The notes: generated from the letters alone by a model not told the origin. Shown: positions 1-9,136, numbered from the stretch's first letter. The stretch: DNA of 52,441 nt from Patescibacteria group bacterium (GCA_035479015.1 DATIJC010000011.1:1-52441), one strand, 5' to 3'. Made by a program: numbers and translations.

Positions 1-123
1 TAGCCAATAGCACCACCCCAAAAGAAAATAGTATTCGGATTCGACTCATAGGGAAGGAAGGGATAGTCTAGCCGATCGCGTCCCAAAGGTCAACTTTTAC
101 CAAAGAGTATAATTTCTGGAATT

Positions 124-732
124 ATGCCTGGAAAATTAAAGGAGCGCCCCGTGTCTATTGAAGAACTACTTCATGAGACAACGACAAAGCCCGTGCAGGA
201 AGATGGTGAAATCTTTCAGGAAGCCACCACCATGCGGGAAATGATTTCCACGTACGGAACAAATGAATATAATGAATTTCAAGTAAAACTCTTGTTTGAA
301 TGGGCAGGTCAATACGATCGAACGAAGAATAGACGCTTTCGCATGATGCTCTTTCGAGATCATATGGCTACCTTTGCTATTACTTTTTGCTCTCTTGTTG
401 CGAGTATCTTTTCAAACGGTGCGCCGGAACCTTCGCGATCTTTTTATGTAAGTTTTCTCATAGCTGAGTTTTTCTTTTTGGTTTTCTGGAATGAGTGGGA
501 AACCGTTTTCGGACATTCTAATGAAGAATTTGCACTTGAATGTTTAATACCTGATTTTGGCTCTGAAGCAAGAAATCAGAAAAAAATGGTTATTGAACAT
601 GCTGAGTATATGGGGCTACATCATGCCGAAGACTATTCTCTACGAAATCTTATACATACTTTAAAAATCATGGATGCTGATTACCGGAAAATGACACAAG
701 AAATGGCTAAGGAGGATGAAAAACGCGATTAG
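124..732 (+). CDS. hypothetical membrane protein
   Basis: 202-aa ORF with two hydrophobic helices (MATFAITFCSLVASIF, FYVSFLIAEFFFLVFW). TATAAT at 108-113 lies 10 nt upstream of the ATG. No family recognised. Confidence 0.5.
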   Translation: MPGKLKERPVSIEELLHETTTKPVQEDGEIFQEATTMREMISTYGTNEYNEFQVKLLFEWAGQYDRTKNRRFRMMLFRDHMATFAITFCSLVASIFSNGAPEPSRSFYVSFLIAEFFFLVFWNEWETVFGHSNEEFALECLIPDFGSEARNQKKMVIEHAEYMGLHHAEDYSLRNLIHTLKIMDADYRKMTQEMAKEDEKRD

Positions 733-1379
733 CGTAACGAGGCGACAAGGATAGTCATTCCCCAGAAGGCATGAGACAAAATAATGGCGTTAATACTTTT
801 TGTACGAAGAAACAGAACTCCCTGACCAAAGGCAAAACACGCCAGAAGTAAAAGCGGCATGATAGAGGCACTCACACCCACACTAACAATCTGCAGCGGG
901 GCATGAAACAAAACAAAGAGCAGACTCATATACCCTACTGCCTGCCACTCATCTTTTAAGTGTCTAGTTAAAAAGGTCAGCACAAAACTAAAGAAAAAGA
1001 GTGACTCCCACCAAGCAGTAGCAAACGCTAATCCAAAAAGTTCCCAGAACTTTGCCGTCTGAAAAATCCCCGGCGTAAAAAAGTGTGTATGACCGGTACT
1101 GGCGACAATGAGAGCTAAGAAACCAAAACATCCACCTACGGCGAGTCCGGTAAACATCCCTGGCCAAAAAGTCTTCACATCAAAACCGAGCGTCGCATGC
1201 GATAAACGGCGCATGCGTGTCACTTTCCACACGGGCAATCCAAATACAAGAGCCTTGAAAACAACCTCATCAAACCATGTCGGGAAGTGTGTCGTGAACC
1301 GGTATAGCGTCAATGCGAAGAAGGCTACCAAAATCAGGTACCATTCGTAGTGTTTGCGGATGTGTGTAGCAAGATGCAT
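729..1379 (-). CDS. CPBP-family (CAAX/Abi-like) intramembrane protease-like protein
   Basis: 216-aa polytopic ORF with degenerate CPBP motifs: WWESLFFF (EExxxR-like), LFVLFHAP (FxxxH) and LSHAFWG (HxxxN-like). Confidence 0.55.
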   Translation of the reverse strand: MHLATHIRKHYEWYLILVAFFALTLYRFTTHFPTWFDEVVFKALVFGLPVWKVTRMRRLSHATLGFDVKTFWPGMFTGLAVGGCFGFLALIVASTGHTHFFTPGIFQTAKFWELFGLAFATAWWESLFFFSFVLTFLTRHLKDEWQAVGYMSLLFVLFHAPLQIVSVGVSASIMPLLLLACFAFGQGVLFLRTKSINAIILSHAFWGMTILVASLR

Positions 1380-1390
1380 GAGTCAACCGG

Positions 1391-2014
1391 CTACCCATTT
1401 TGTAAATGACCAAGGACTGCTTCAAAAGTTTGTTCCTTATTGGTCGAATAGGTATCGATACATACATCGTACAAATTGGGACGCCAAAAGTCGATGGGGT
1501 CGTCGGGTTTTGCCAGTCCCCTGTCCACCACCCACTCTTGCCATTGCTTTTTGTACATTCTGGTCCACTTCGCATTGTTGTCCGTGTACCGTTTGGTAAT
1601 GTTCGCCTTCACATCTTCAACGGTTGCTCCATCGCGGTTCACAATTCTATCGATGCGAATCGCGTCATCACTGCACACAACCAATATCTTTAAAACATCC
1701 GGCACGCCCTGTGCCATGAATCCTGATAACCAAGATTCGAGAATCCACTTCTCTTCATTTTGCACTTTCTCACGCATCCCCATGTCAATTTTGCGGTCGA
1801 AATCTTCTTCATAATCAGCGGCGCTGTGATGGAGGGCTCCTTTTTCGTGAAAGATACCCTTCTCCAGCGCATAGGCGCGCATAAATTCACCACCGGAAAA
1901 ACCACGCCACCCATCAAATTCCAAATGTTCACGAAGCAATTTTAAAAGAGTCGTCGATCCGCCACCAGGTAATCCGGAAATGGTGACGTTTTTGTATTTA
2001 TAGTTGCCGTCCAT
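1391..2014 (-). CDS. P-loop NMP-kinase-like protein (cytidylate-kinase-like family)
   Basis: 207-aa ORF with an N-terminal P-loop ISGLPGGGSTTLLK. Size and layout fit small nucleotide kinases. Lacks the canonical cmk YVDTGAMYR motif. Confidence 0.6.
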   Translation of the reverse strand: MDGNYKYKNVTISGLPGGGSTTLLKLLREHLEFDGWRGFSGGEFMRAYALEKGIFHEKGALHHSAADYEEDFDRKIDMGMREKVQNEEKWILESWLSGFMAQGVPDVLKILVVCSDDAIRIDRIVNRDGATVEDVKANITKRYTDNNAKWTRMYKKQWQEWVVDRGLAKPDDPIDFWRPNLYDVCIDTYSTNKEQTFEAVLGHLQNG

Positions 2015-2027
2015 AAGATACTCCCCA

Positions 2028-2519
2028 TCACTTATTTTGATTCATGCATTGTAGCGCAACTTCCATCGCGCTACACACCTGATCTATTTTTTTGCGGGCC
2101 TCGTCTAAATTCAAGAGTGTAGCCTGCCCAATGTAGTAGTGAAATACATGATTACGGCACTCAATCCACGCGTTCCAAAGTTGCCTGGCTACCGGTGTCC
2201 CACAGGAGCGCTCCAGATCATCAAACAACCACCATTCATCCTTTTGCCGCTCGCCCACATCAGGATTGAGAGCTCGCCCAATGCGGAATCTCGTATCCAC
2301 ATAATCGGGCCTGTTGAGTATCCCCATGCGCTGTAGATACAACTTGATGAACCCTTCATAGGTTTTACCGATGGGAAACACGATAAATGAATAATCAGGA
2401 AGATTGGAACCCAACCGCTCCTCACGCTCGAGAAGTACAAAGGATTCACGTGCTAATACCTTGCCATTCTCTTCCAAAAATTTATACCAATTGGTTCCCA
2501 GTATGTCAGGACTTCTCAT
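2028..2519 (-). CDS. HEPN-like protein (RNxxxHxY motif)
   Basis: 163-aa ORF that looks all-alpha. C-terminal CRNHVFHYY matches the HEPN Rx4-6H / DUF86-type RNxxxHxY signature. Lies 13 nt upstream of the kinase-like gene. Confidence 0.5.
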   Translation of the reverse strand: MRSPDILGTNWYKFLEENGKVLARESFVLLEREERLGSNLPDYSFIVFPIGKTYEGFIKLYLQRMGILNRPDYVDTRFRIGRALNPDVGERQKDEWWLFDDLERSCGTPVARQLWNAWIECRNHVFHYYIGQATLLNLDEARKKIDQVCSAMEVALQCMNQNK

Positions 2520-2521
2520 GA

Positions 2522-2530
2522 TGATAAAAT
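2522..2530 (+). promoter_or_regulatory. extended -10-like element (TGATAAAAT) 6 nt upstream of the PBP1A start
   Basis: TGnTAAAAT at 2522-2530, ATG at 2537, no Shine-Dalgarno between them. Suggests a leaderless or very short-leader mRNA. Confidence 0.35.
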
Positions 2531-2536
2531 AGTACC

Positions 2537-4849
2537 ATGAGTAAGCGGCGCAAGAACCAGCAGCGGCTCAAAGTTAATCTTTCTCGAGTGTTTCAAATAC
2601 TGCAACGTTTGTCACTGCGTGCTAAAGTCGGCATTGCTGTTGGCGCTTTTTTGTTCCTTATATTGCTTCCGATTATTTTGTTCTTTCATGACCTCCCCTC
2701 TCCAAAACGGTTAAACGATGCACAAAATTTTCCTATCAGCACGAAGATTTTGGACCGTAACGGGAAACTGCTCTATGAAGTCTATGCCGATAAAAACCGC
2801 ACACCCATCAAGCTAGCTGACTTACCTCCGTATGTCTACCAAGCTTCGATAGCCATTGAGGATCAGAATTTTTACCACCACTTTGGTTTTGATATTACCG
2901 GCATCATCCGCGCGCTCAAAAATACTATTTTCCAGCAGCGTCTCCAAGGTGGTTCTACCATCACCCAACAATTGGTAAAGACTGCCCTGCTCACCCCCAA
3001 ACGGACAGTGTCGCGTAAAATAAAAGAAGCGGTGCTCACCCTCATGACTGAGGCGCTGTATTCCAAGAACCAAATACTGGAAATGTATTTAAATAACATC
3101 CCCTATGGTGGAACGTCCTGGGGAATTGAAGCTGCCGCCCACACATACTTTGATACTGATGCGAAGAATCTGACAATTGCGCAAGCCGCGCTGATAGCCG
3201 GACTGCCCGCCTCACCGACAACTTACTCACCGTTTACACGGCCGGATCTTGCCAAACAGCGGCAAGTGGAAGTCTTGAAGCGCATGTTAGCTGAAAAATA
3301 CATTACTCCCGATCAAGAAAAAACAGCTGAGAGTGAGTCGCTCACATTTGCGACAAGCAAAATTGATATCAAGGCGCCACACTTTGTTTTCTACATCAAA
3401 GACCTCTTAAGCCAACAGTATAGCGACTATGACATTGCCCGTTCGGGATTGCGCGTCACGACCACATTAGATCTGGATATACAAAACAAAGCCCAAGCCT
3501 CTCTCTCAGCTGAAATTAACAAATTAAAAAATTACCGCGTCGGTAATGGGGCCGCAGTCATAACCAATCCCAAAACCGGTGAAATATTAGCAATGATCGG
3601 CAGCCGTGATTACTTTGATGCTACGCATGACGGTCAATTCAATGTCACCACGGGATTTAGACAGCCTGGGAGTTCTATCAAGCCATTAAATTATGTGACT
3701 GCATTTGAAAGTCAAAAGCTTACACCAGGGAGCATGCTTTTAGATATTCCGACCTGTTTCCAAGTTGCCGGTCAGCCAAATTACTGTCCCAAAAACTATG
3801 ACGGAACATTCCGTGGTCCAGTGCAGGTCCGTTTCGCGCTTGGCAATTCCCTAAACATTCCCGCAGTGAAAACTCTGGCAATCAATGGTGTAAATAGTTT
3901 CATCAATTCGGCCACCGCCATGGGCATAACTACTTGGACAGATCCCACCCGCTATGGGCTATCGCTGACATTAGGCGGCGGTGAAGTGACAATGCTGGAT
4001 ATGGCAACTGCGTACGGAACTATAGCCAATGAGGGTGTACGGGTAAATCTGCATCCAATTCTCAAAATCGAGGATTACACAGGGAAAGTATTAGAACAAT
4101 ATGATCCGCAGAATACCGTCAAAGCAGTCGATGATTTGACGGAGCAAAATGCCTCGCCATCAGGGACCCTTGATACAAATGCCCTGGCCAACCGTGTGCT
4201 GCACCGCGCCACAACATACTTAATCTCACACATACTTCTGGATAATAATGCCCGTGAAGGTGCTTTCGGTCCATCAAGCCAACTCATCATCCCAGGACAT
4301 ACAGTCTCTGTGAAGACCGGAACCACCAATGACCTACGCGATAACTGGACTATTGGATATACACCGAATCTACTGACCGCGGTCTGGGTCGGCAATAATG
4401 ATAATACGCCTATGAACCGCGCACTGGTTTCCGGCATTACCGGAGCGGCACCAATTTGGAATGACATCATGCGCTCACTTCTTAAAGGGGTCAAAGATGT
4501 GTGGCCAGACAAGCCGGACGATGTCCAGTCTGCCATCATCTGCGCTACATCGGGACTCGTGCCTGACCCAAATTCCCCTTGCCCTACCCGCACCGAATAT
4601 TTTTGGCAAGGCACACAGCCCAACCAACTTGATGCAAGTTACCGTGATATTTGGATAGTTCCGACAACAGGTCTACCACCCAAAGCCGGAGACTCAACCG
4701 ATGGCCTGCAAACGCAACATCATGAAATGTTATCCGATCCATTTACCAAAGATTACTGCGTTGACTGCACCCGACCAGTAGACGACAAGGGCCACACAGT
4801 ATTTGAACAGTACTTTGTTCCTTATTCTTCAGGAACTTTTTCACCATGA
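2537..4849 (+). CDS. class A penicillin-binding protein (PBP1A-type transglycosylase/transpeptidase)
   Basis: 770 aa with an N-terminal TM anchor. GT51 motifs EDQNFYHHFGFD and GGSTITQQL. Transpeptidase motifs SSIKP (SxxK), SLN (SxN) and KTGTT (KTG). Confidence 0.93.
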   Translation: MSKRRKNQQRLKVNLSRVFQILQRLSLRAKVGIAVGAFLFLILLPIILFFHDLPSPKRLNDAQNFPISTKILDRNGKLLYEVYADKNRTPIKLADLPPYVYQASIAIEDQNFYHHFGFDITGIIRALKNTIFQQRLQGGSTITQQLVKTALLTPKRTVSRKIKEAVLTLMTEALYSKNQILEMYLNNIPYGGTSWGIEAAAHTYFDTDAKNLTIAQAALIAGLPASPTTYSPFTRPDLAKQRQVEVLKRMLAEKYITPDQEKTAESESLTFATSKIDIKAPHFVFYIKDLLSQQYSDYDIARSGLRVTTTLDLDIQNKAQASLSAEINKLKNYRVGNGAAVITNPKTGEILAMIGSRDYFDATHDGQFNVTTGFRQPGSSIKPLNYVTAFESQKLTPGSMLLDIPTCFQVAGQPNYCPKNYDGTFRGPVQVRFALGNSLNIPAVKTLAINGVNSFINSATAMGITTWTDPTRYGLSLTLGGGEVTMLDMATAYGTIANEGVRVNLHPILKIEDYTGKVLEQYDPQNTVKAVDDLTEQNASPSGTLDTNALANRVLHRATTYLISHILLDNNAREGAFGPSSQLIIPGHTVSVKTGTTNDLRDNWTIGYTPNLLTAVWVGNNDNTPMNRALVSGITGAAPIWNDIMRSLLKGVKDVWPDKPDDVQSAIICATSGLVPDPNSPCPTRTEYFWQGTQPNQLDASYRDIWIVPTTGLPPKAGDSTDGLQTQHHEMLSDPFTKDYCVDCTRPVDDKGHTVFEQYFVPYSSGTFSP

Positions 4850-5919
4850 AGGCTATTTTATTAGGAATTTGGTTGTCACTTTTTCCACCACCCACCACAC
4901 ACATTGAAACAATCAGTCAACATAGTGCCCCCGTGCAAATTCAGTCGCAATATTCTAAACCTACTATCTATGGATATGTCCCATACTGGACATATAAAAC
5001 GGCACAGTTACCGGGAGTACTTACAGATGCTGCCTTTTTTTCTCTAACAATAGGTGGTGACGGATCACTCTCTGCTCTGCCGAAAAATGCGCTATCACAA
5101 AAACGCAGCGACGTCGTGCTGTCAATGATGGATCAAGATGCAATCCCCGTGTTTGTACGTAGTGAAAGTGCGCGACAAAATTTTATCAATCAGGTTGCTA
5201 TCCTAATACAAGATCCGCTTTTGAAAGGAATCAGTATTGATGTCGAATATAGCGGCATCGTCGACCGGGATTTGCAATCACAATTCACAATACTTATCAG
5301 AAGTCTTTCAAACCTTCTTCATCAGCAACCGCACCCGATTAGTTTGACTATCGCATCATATTCCGACGCAGCGACTGTAGAACGTCTTACAAAGCCAAAA
5401 GAACTGGCACCACTTGTGGATCATCTCGTCGCTATGACGTATGACTATCACCGCCGTTCCAGCCCCAAAGCCGGACCCGTATCCCCCCTCTATGGAAGCA
5501 GCGAAACTTTATGGGCATCAGACATCATGGCGGATTTAAAATCCTACACCGATCAGGTTCCATCAGAAAAAATATTGCTTGGCATTCCTTTTTATGGGTA
5601 CCAATGGGATGTTGTCGATACCATGCAGCACCCTTTCACGATCCCAAATACTGGAATGACTATCCAGTACAAGGATGTAGTGAAGCTACTTTACTCCGGC
5701 AAAGCAGTACGCCATTGGGATAGCAGTGCATTTTCTCCATATCTCACCTTTGATGATGAGGGCACGACAGCAATGGCCTACTATGACGATCCGCAGTCCC
5801 TTCTCTATAAATTCCAACTCGTCAAACAGGCTCACCTAGGTGGGATAGCCATTTGGGCATTGGGCTACGAAGGCACTACTAGCGACCTTTGGCAGACTAT
5901 TCAAAAAGACCTACTATAA
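4846..5919 (+). CDS. glycoside hydrolase family 18-like protein
   Basis: 357 aa. Its start overlaps the PBP stop by 4 nt (ATGA). Hydrophobic N-terminus. GH18-like catalytic strand GISIDVEY (DxE), plus MTYDYH and GGIAIWALGYE. Confidence 0.72.
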   Translation: MKAILLGIWLSLFPPPTTHIETISQHSAPVQIQSQYSKPTIYGYVPYWTYKTAQLPGVLTDAAFFSLTIGGDGSLSALPKNALSQKRSDVVLSMMDQDAIPVFVRSESARQNFINQVAILIQDPLLKGISIDVEYSGIVDRDLQSQFTILIRSLSNLLHQQPHPISLTIASYSDAATVERLTKPKELAPLVDHLVAMTYDYHRRSSPKAGPVSPLYGSSETLWASDIMADLKSYTDQVPSEKILLGIPFYGYQWDVVDTMQHPFTIPNTGMTIQYKDVVKLLYSGKAVRHWDSSAFSPYLTFDDEGTTAMAYYDDPQSLLYKFQLVKQAHLGGIAIWALGYEGTTSDLWQTIQKDLL

Positions 5920-6699
5920 CTACGTGCGATCAGTAATTGGTATAGAATTTCTAAAAAGCTCAAGTATTTTGACTTTTTTCCCCTTTGGATAACCGTCGCT
6001 TTCTCTGGAAAGAGAAACAAATATTTTTAATTTCTGTTCATCAAACTCACAATTACCGATCAAATTATAAGATTCCGATACTTTTCCCCGCGCACAACGT
6101 ATCTCATTCCTATCAATAGTGAACTTTGGATTTGATATTGAAAAAGATCCAGAAAAAACTTCACGCTTCAATGTTTCGATATCTTTCGTCGCTTCCTGAA
6201 TAAAAAGAAATCTGAGACGGATGTGGTTCCTACTATCTTCACCAGTTATTGTCGCTTCAATGGGTAAACCAAGGTCTGAATTGAAACGAACCTCATACCC
6301 ACTGGCTCTGATTGCGTTCAACTCTTCTTCATCCATGTCAACCATGTCTACCAATTGTAGACCTCCTTCAGATTCGACCGATTGAGATAAAATCAAAAGT
6401 GGAACTTTTCGTAGTGTTTTACAAGACAATGGCGCTAGTGGTAAAGAACCAAAAGTGGAAAAATCAGTAATAAGTTCATCCAAAGAATTAATCAACTGGT
6501 TCGCCACTTTTCCAAGTCTGTTCTTACTGTCTACCGCATCAGGTATTTGTTGCAAAAGTGTGTGCCAAAAAAATTCTATTTTCTTTATCCGTGCCTCATT
6601 CTCAATATCCGCACTTGTCCTTTCGTCGAAAAATGTTCTAACCGTATCGATTAAATTCATATGGGCTTGATTATACCTTTTCCCTCTTCTCGATAACAC
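5920..6699 (-). CDS. hypothetical protein
   Basis: 259-aa ORF abutting the GH18 stop in convergent orientation. An alternative start (MNLIDTV) is at 6660. No family recognised. Confidence 0.5.
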   Translation of the reverse strand: MLSRRGKRYNQAHMNLIDTVRTFFDERTSADIENEARIKKIEFFWHTLLQQIPDAVDSKNRLGKVANQLINSLDELITDFSTFGSLPLAPLSCKTLRKVPLLILSQSVESEGGLQLVDMVDMDEEELNAIRASGYEVRFNSDLGLPIEATITGEDSRNHIRLRFLFIQEATKDIETLKREVFSGSFSISNPKFTIDRNEIRCARGKVSESYNLIGNCEFDEQKLKIFVSLSRESDGYPKGKKVKILELFRNSIPITDRT

Positions 6700-6706
6700 C
6701 TCTGCC

Positions 6707-6715
6707 TGATAGTAT
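6707..6715 (+). promoter_or_regulatory. extended -10-like element (TGATAGTAT) upstream of the second PBP1A
   Basis: TGnTAGTAT lies 8 nt upstream of the ATG at 6724, with no SD. Confidence 0.3.
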
Positions 6716-6723
6716 GCGAGACA

Positions 6724-8949
6724 ATGAGGCAGAAATCGCGGAAATATCGATCAAAAAACGTATTCTTTTGGATGGGAATTCCCCTCTTTGCACTGGTGTT
6801 TTCACTGGTGTCTTTCTTTTATGGGCAAGCACAAAACTTTCAAGAAAGTTTCTATATTTGGAATCACAAAAGTTATGACGGTTTCCCGAAAGTTGCAACA
6901 TTCACACTTCGCCTCGGTGCAATCCTGCTCATCCCCGCTCTTTGGGGAATCCTGCTCTTTGGACTCTCATCAAAAATATTAGTCAATTTACCTACGCCGG
7001 ATGATCTGCGCAATCATCAATCAGCACTCACCACAAAAATTCTGGACCGCAATGGGACACTGCTCTACAGCATCTATAAAGAGAAAAACCGCACACTCAT
7101 TAAACTCTCGGATTTACCAAAGTACTTCACTGACGCAACAGTCAGCATCGAGGATAAGGATTTCTATTCGCACAAAGGCATATCCATCCCAGGAATAGCC
7201 AGATCAATATCTTTGTTTGTCGAACAAGGAAAAGTGCAAGGTGGTTCCACCATTACACAGCAACTTGTCAAAAATACAGTGCTGTCTAATGAGCGCACGC
7301 TCTCCCGTAAGGCTCGGGAGATCCTCGTTGCCTTACAAGTAGAACGGTCGTTTAGCAAAGATCAGATTTTGGAGATGTACGTCAATGAGGTGTCATACGG
7401 TGGAACGCTGTACGGGATCGAAGCAGCAGCCCAAAACTATTTTGGGGTAGATGCATCAAAGCTGGATATTGCACAAGCTACCTTTCTTGCCGGACTGCCA
7501 GCAGCACCCAGCGTGTATTCGCCATATGGATCAAATCTAGAGTTAGGGATGGCGAGGCAGCGTGAAGTCTTACGGCGCATGGTAGAAGATGGAAAAATTT
7601 CACCACTGCAAGCCGAAAGCGCAAAATCAGAAAAGCTGGTTTTTCAACCGCCGCATACGGATATCAAAGCCCCACATTTTGTCATGTATGTACAGGATTT
7701 ACTAGCTCACTCGTTTGGCGAAGAAGCACTCTCACAAGGCGGGTTAGAAGTAACGACTACACTCGATTACAGCGTCCAAGAAGCGGCAGAACAGATCGTG
7801 GAATCACAAGTCAATAGCTTGCGGCCTCTAAAAGTAGGGAATGGTGCAGCCCTCATAACTAATCCAAAAAGCGGAGAAATCCTCGCTATGGTGGGGAGCA
7901 AAAACTTCTTCGATACAAAACAGGATGGCCAAGTAAATGTGACAATCCGTCCACGACAGCCAGGCAGCTCCATCAAACCGATAATGTATGCTGCGGCATT
8001 TGAGCGCGGGCTGACACCCGCAAGTATTGTCGACGATAGCCCTATCTCTTTCTCAGCTCCAGGTCAAGTTCCCTATGCACCAAAAAATTATGACAGCCGC
8101 TTCCACGGACGGGTGACAATCCGCACAGCCCTCGCAGCCTCCTACAACGTCCCTGCGGTGAAGACCCTCGCGAGCATCGGTGTCGCCAACATGGTGGAAA
8201 TGGGACGTCAATTGGGAATTTCTACCTGGGACGATTCATCCCGTTTCGGTCTCTCACTGACTCTAGGTGGTGGCGAAGTACTGATGACAGATATGGCGAC
8301 TGCATACAGCACCTTTGCAAATATCGGGACGACTGTACCGCTACAGGCAATCTTGACTGTCAAAGATTCTCATGGAAATGTTTTGTACCAGAATCCCTGT
8401 ATTCAGACTAGAGAACCCTGTGGCGGGCACAAAACACTTGATCCACGCATCGCATATCAAATCGTCAATATTCTCTCAGATAATGAGGCACGGACTCCCG
8501 CTTTTGGCAACCATTCCGTGCTTACCATTCCCGGCCAAGAAGTCGCAGTCAAAACAGGAACTACCAATGGTTTGCGTGATAACTGGACGGTAGGTTTTAC
8601 CAATGACCGCCTAGCCATTGTCTGGGTCGGCAATAACGATAATTCACAAATGAGCCGCGTTACTTCAGGAATCACTGGAGCCAGTCCAATTTGGAATACG
8701 CTCATCCGGTTATTTTTGGATCCCAAGTCCCCAAATCACTTTCCTATCCCCAATGACCTCTCTACAGTTTCCCTTTGCCGGAATGGATCCAGTGCACAGT
8801 GCGGTGCCTGCCAGCCATATACGGAATACTTTTTACCGGGGACGGAGCCGCAAAATACGTGCAATGTGGCTGTCGCAACACCCACACCTCAGCCAATACA
8901 AAAGCGTGACAAAATCCTAAATGGAGCGAATATTGTCTCTAAACCCTAA
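6724..8949 (+). CDS. class A penicillin-binding protein (second PBP1A paralogue)
   Basis: 741 aa with a TM anchor. Motifs EDKDFYSHKGIS, GGSTITQQLVKN, SSIKP, SYN and KTGTTN. Confidence 0.93.
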   Translation: MRQKSRKYRSKNVFFWMGIPLFALVFSLVSFFYGQAQNFQESFYIWNHKSYDGFPKVATFTLRLGAILLIPALWGILLFGLSSKILVNLPTPDDLRNHQSALTTKILDRNGTLLYSIYKEKNRTLIKLSDLPKYFTDATVSIEDKDFYSHKGISIPGIARSISLFVEQGKVQGGSTITQQLVKNTVLSNERTLSRKAREILVALQVERSFSKDQILEMYVNEVSYGGTLYGIEAAAQNYFGVDASKLDIAQATFLAGLPAAPSVYSPYGSNLELGMARQREVLRRMVEDGKISPLQAESAKSEKLVFQPPHTDIKAPHFVMYVQDLLAHSFGEEALSQGGLEVTTTLDYSVQEAAEQIVESQVNSLRPLKVGNGAALITNPKSGEILAMVGSKNFFDTKQDGQVNVTIRPRQPGSSIKPIMYAAAFERGLTPASIVDDSPISFSAPGQVPYAPKNYDSRFHGRVTIRTALAASYNVPAVKTLASIGVANMVEMGRQLGISTWDDSSRFGLSLTLGGGEVLMTDMATAYSTFANIGTTVPLQAILTVKDSHGNVLYQNPCIQTREPCGGHKTLDPRIAYQIVNILSDNEARTPAFGNHSVLTIPGQEVAVKTGTTNGLRDNWTVGFTNDRLAIVWVGNNDNSQMSRVTSGITGASPIWNTLIRLFLDPKSPNHFPIPNDLSTVSLCRNGSSAQCGACQPYTEYFLPGTEPQNTCNVAVATPTPQPIQKRDKILNGANIVSKP

Positions 8950-8965
8950 TCTCTAATCTCTGTTT

Positions 8966-9136
8966 TTAGTGTTGATTCCAGAAGATAAGCGAGATCATGA
9001 GAAAGATGACAAAAAAGACGAGTGCGATCCAACGGGTAGGATCTTTGCGCTCCTCTTTCTTCACTTTCCTAGAAAGTTCTCTCTCGGAGGCTTCTACCTC
9101 TTCAAGCTTGGGCTGATTTTTCTTTTTGTTTAACAT
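8966..9136 (-). CDS. small tail-anchored membrane protein (56 aa, absent from the ORF track)
   Basis: Hand translation gives MLNKKKNQPKLEEVEASERELSRKVKKEERKDPTRWIALVFFVIFLMISLIFWNQH. ATG start, one clear TM helix. Overlaps the cmk 3' end in another frame. Confidence 0.3.
   Translation of the reverse strand: MLNKKKNQPKLEEVEASERELSRKVKKEERKDPTRWIALVFFVIFLMISLIFWNQH

Noticed and set aside
1-49. Possible 5' end of a minus-strand gene running off the left edge (MSRIRILFSFGVVLLA...).
   Set aside because: Only 16 codons are visible. It looks plausibly signal-peptide-like but is too short to support as a feature.
4075-4623. 182-aa minus-strand ORF inside the first PBP1A. Similar long antisense ORFs occur at 9394-9792, 31405-31884, 43005-43454 and 49970-50464.
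   Set aside because: Each lies opposite a gene with strong family motifs, none has recognisable motifs, and the genome has no room for nested genes. All are treated as shadow ORFs.
8944-8965. Telomere-like CCCTAA motif.
   Set aside because: It is a single CCCTAA within the CTCTAAT-type heptamer tract, in the interior of a bacterial-type contig. Coincidental.
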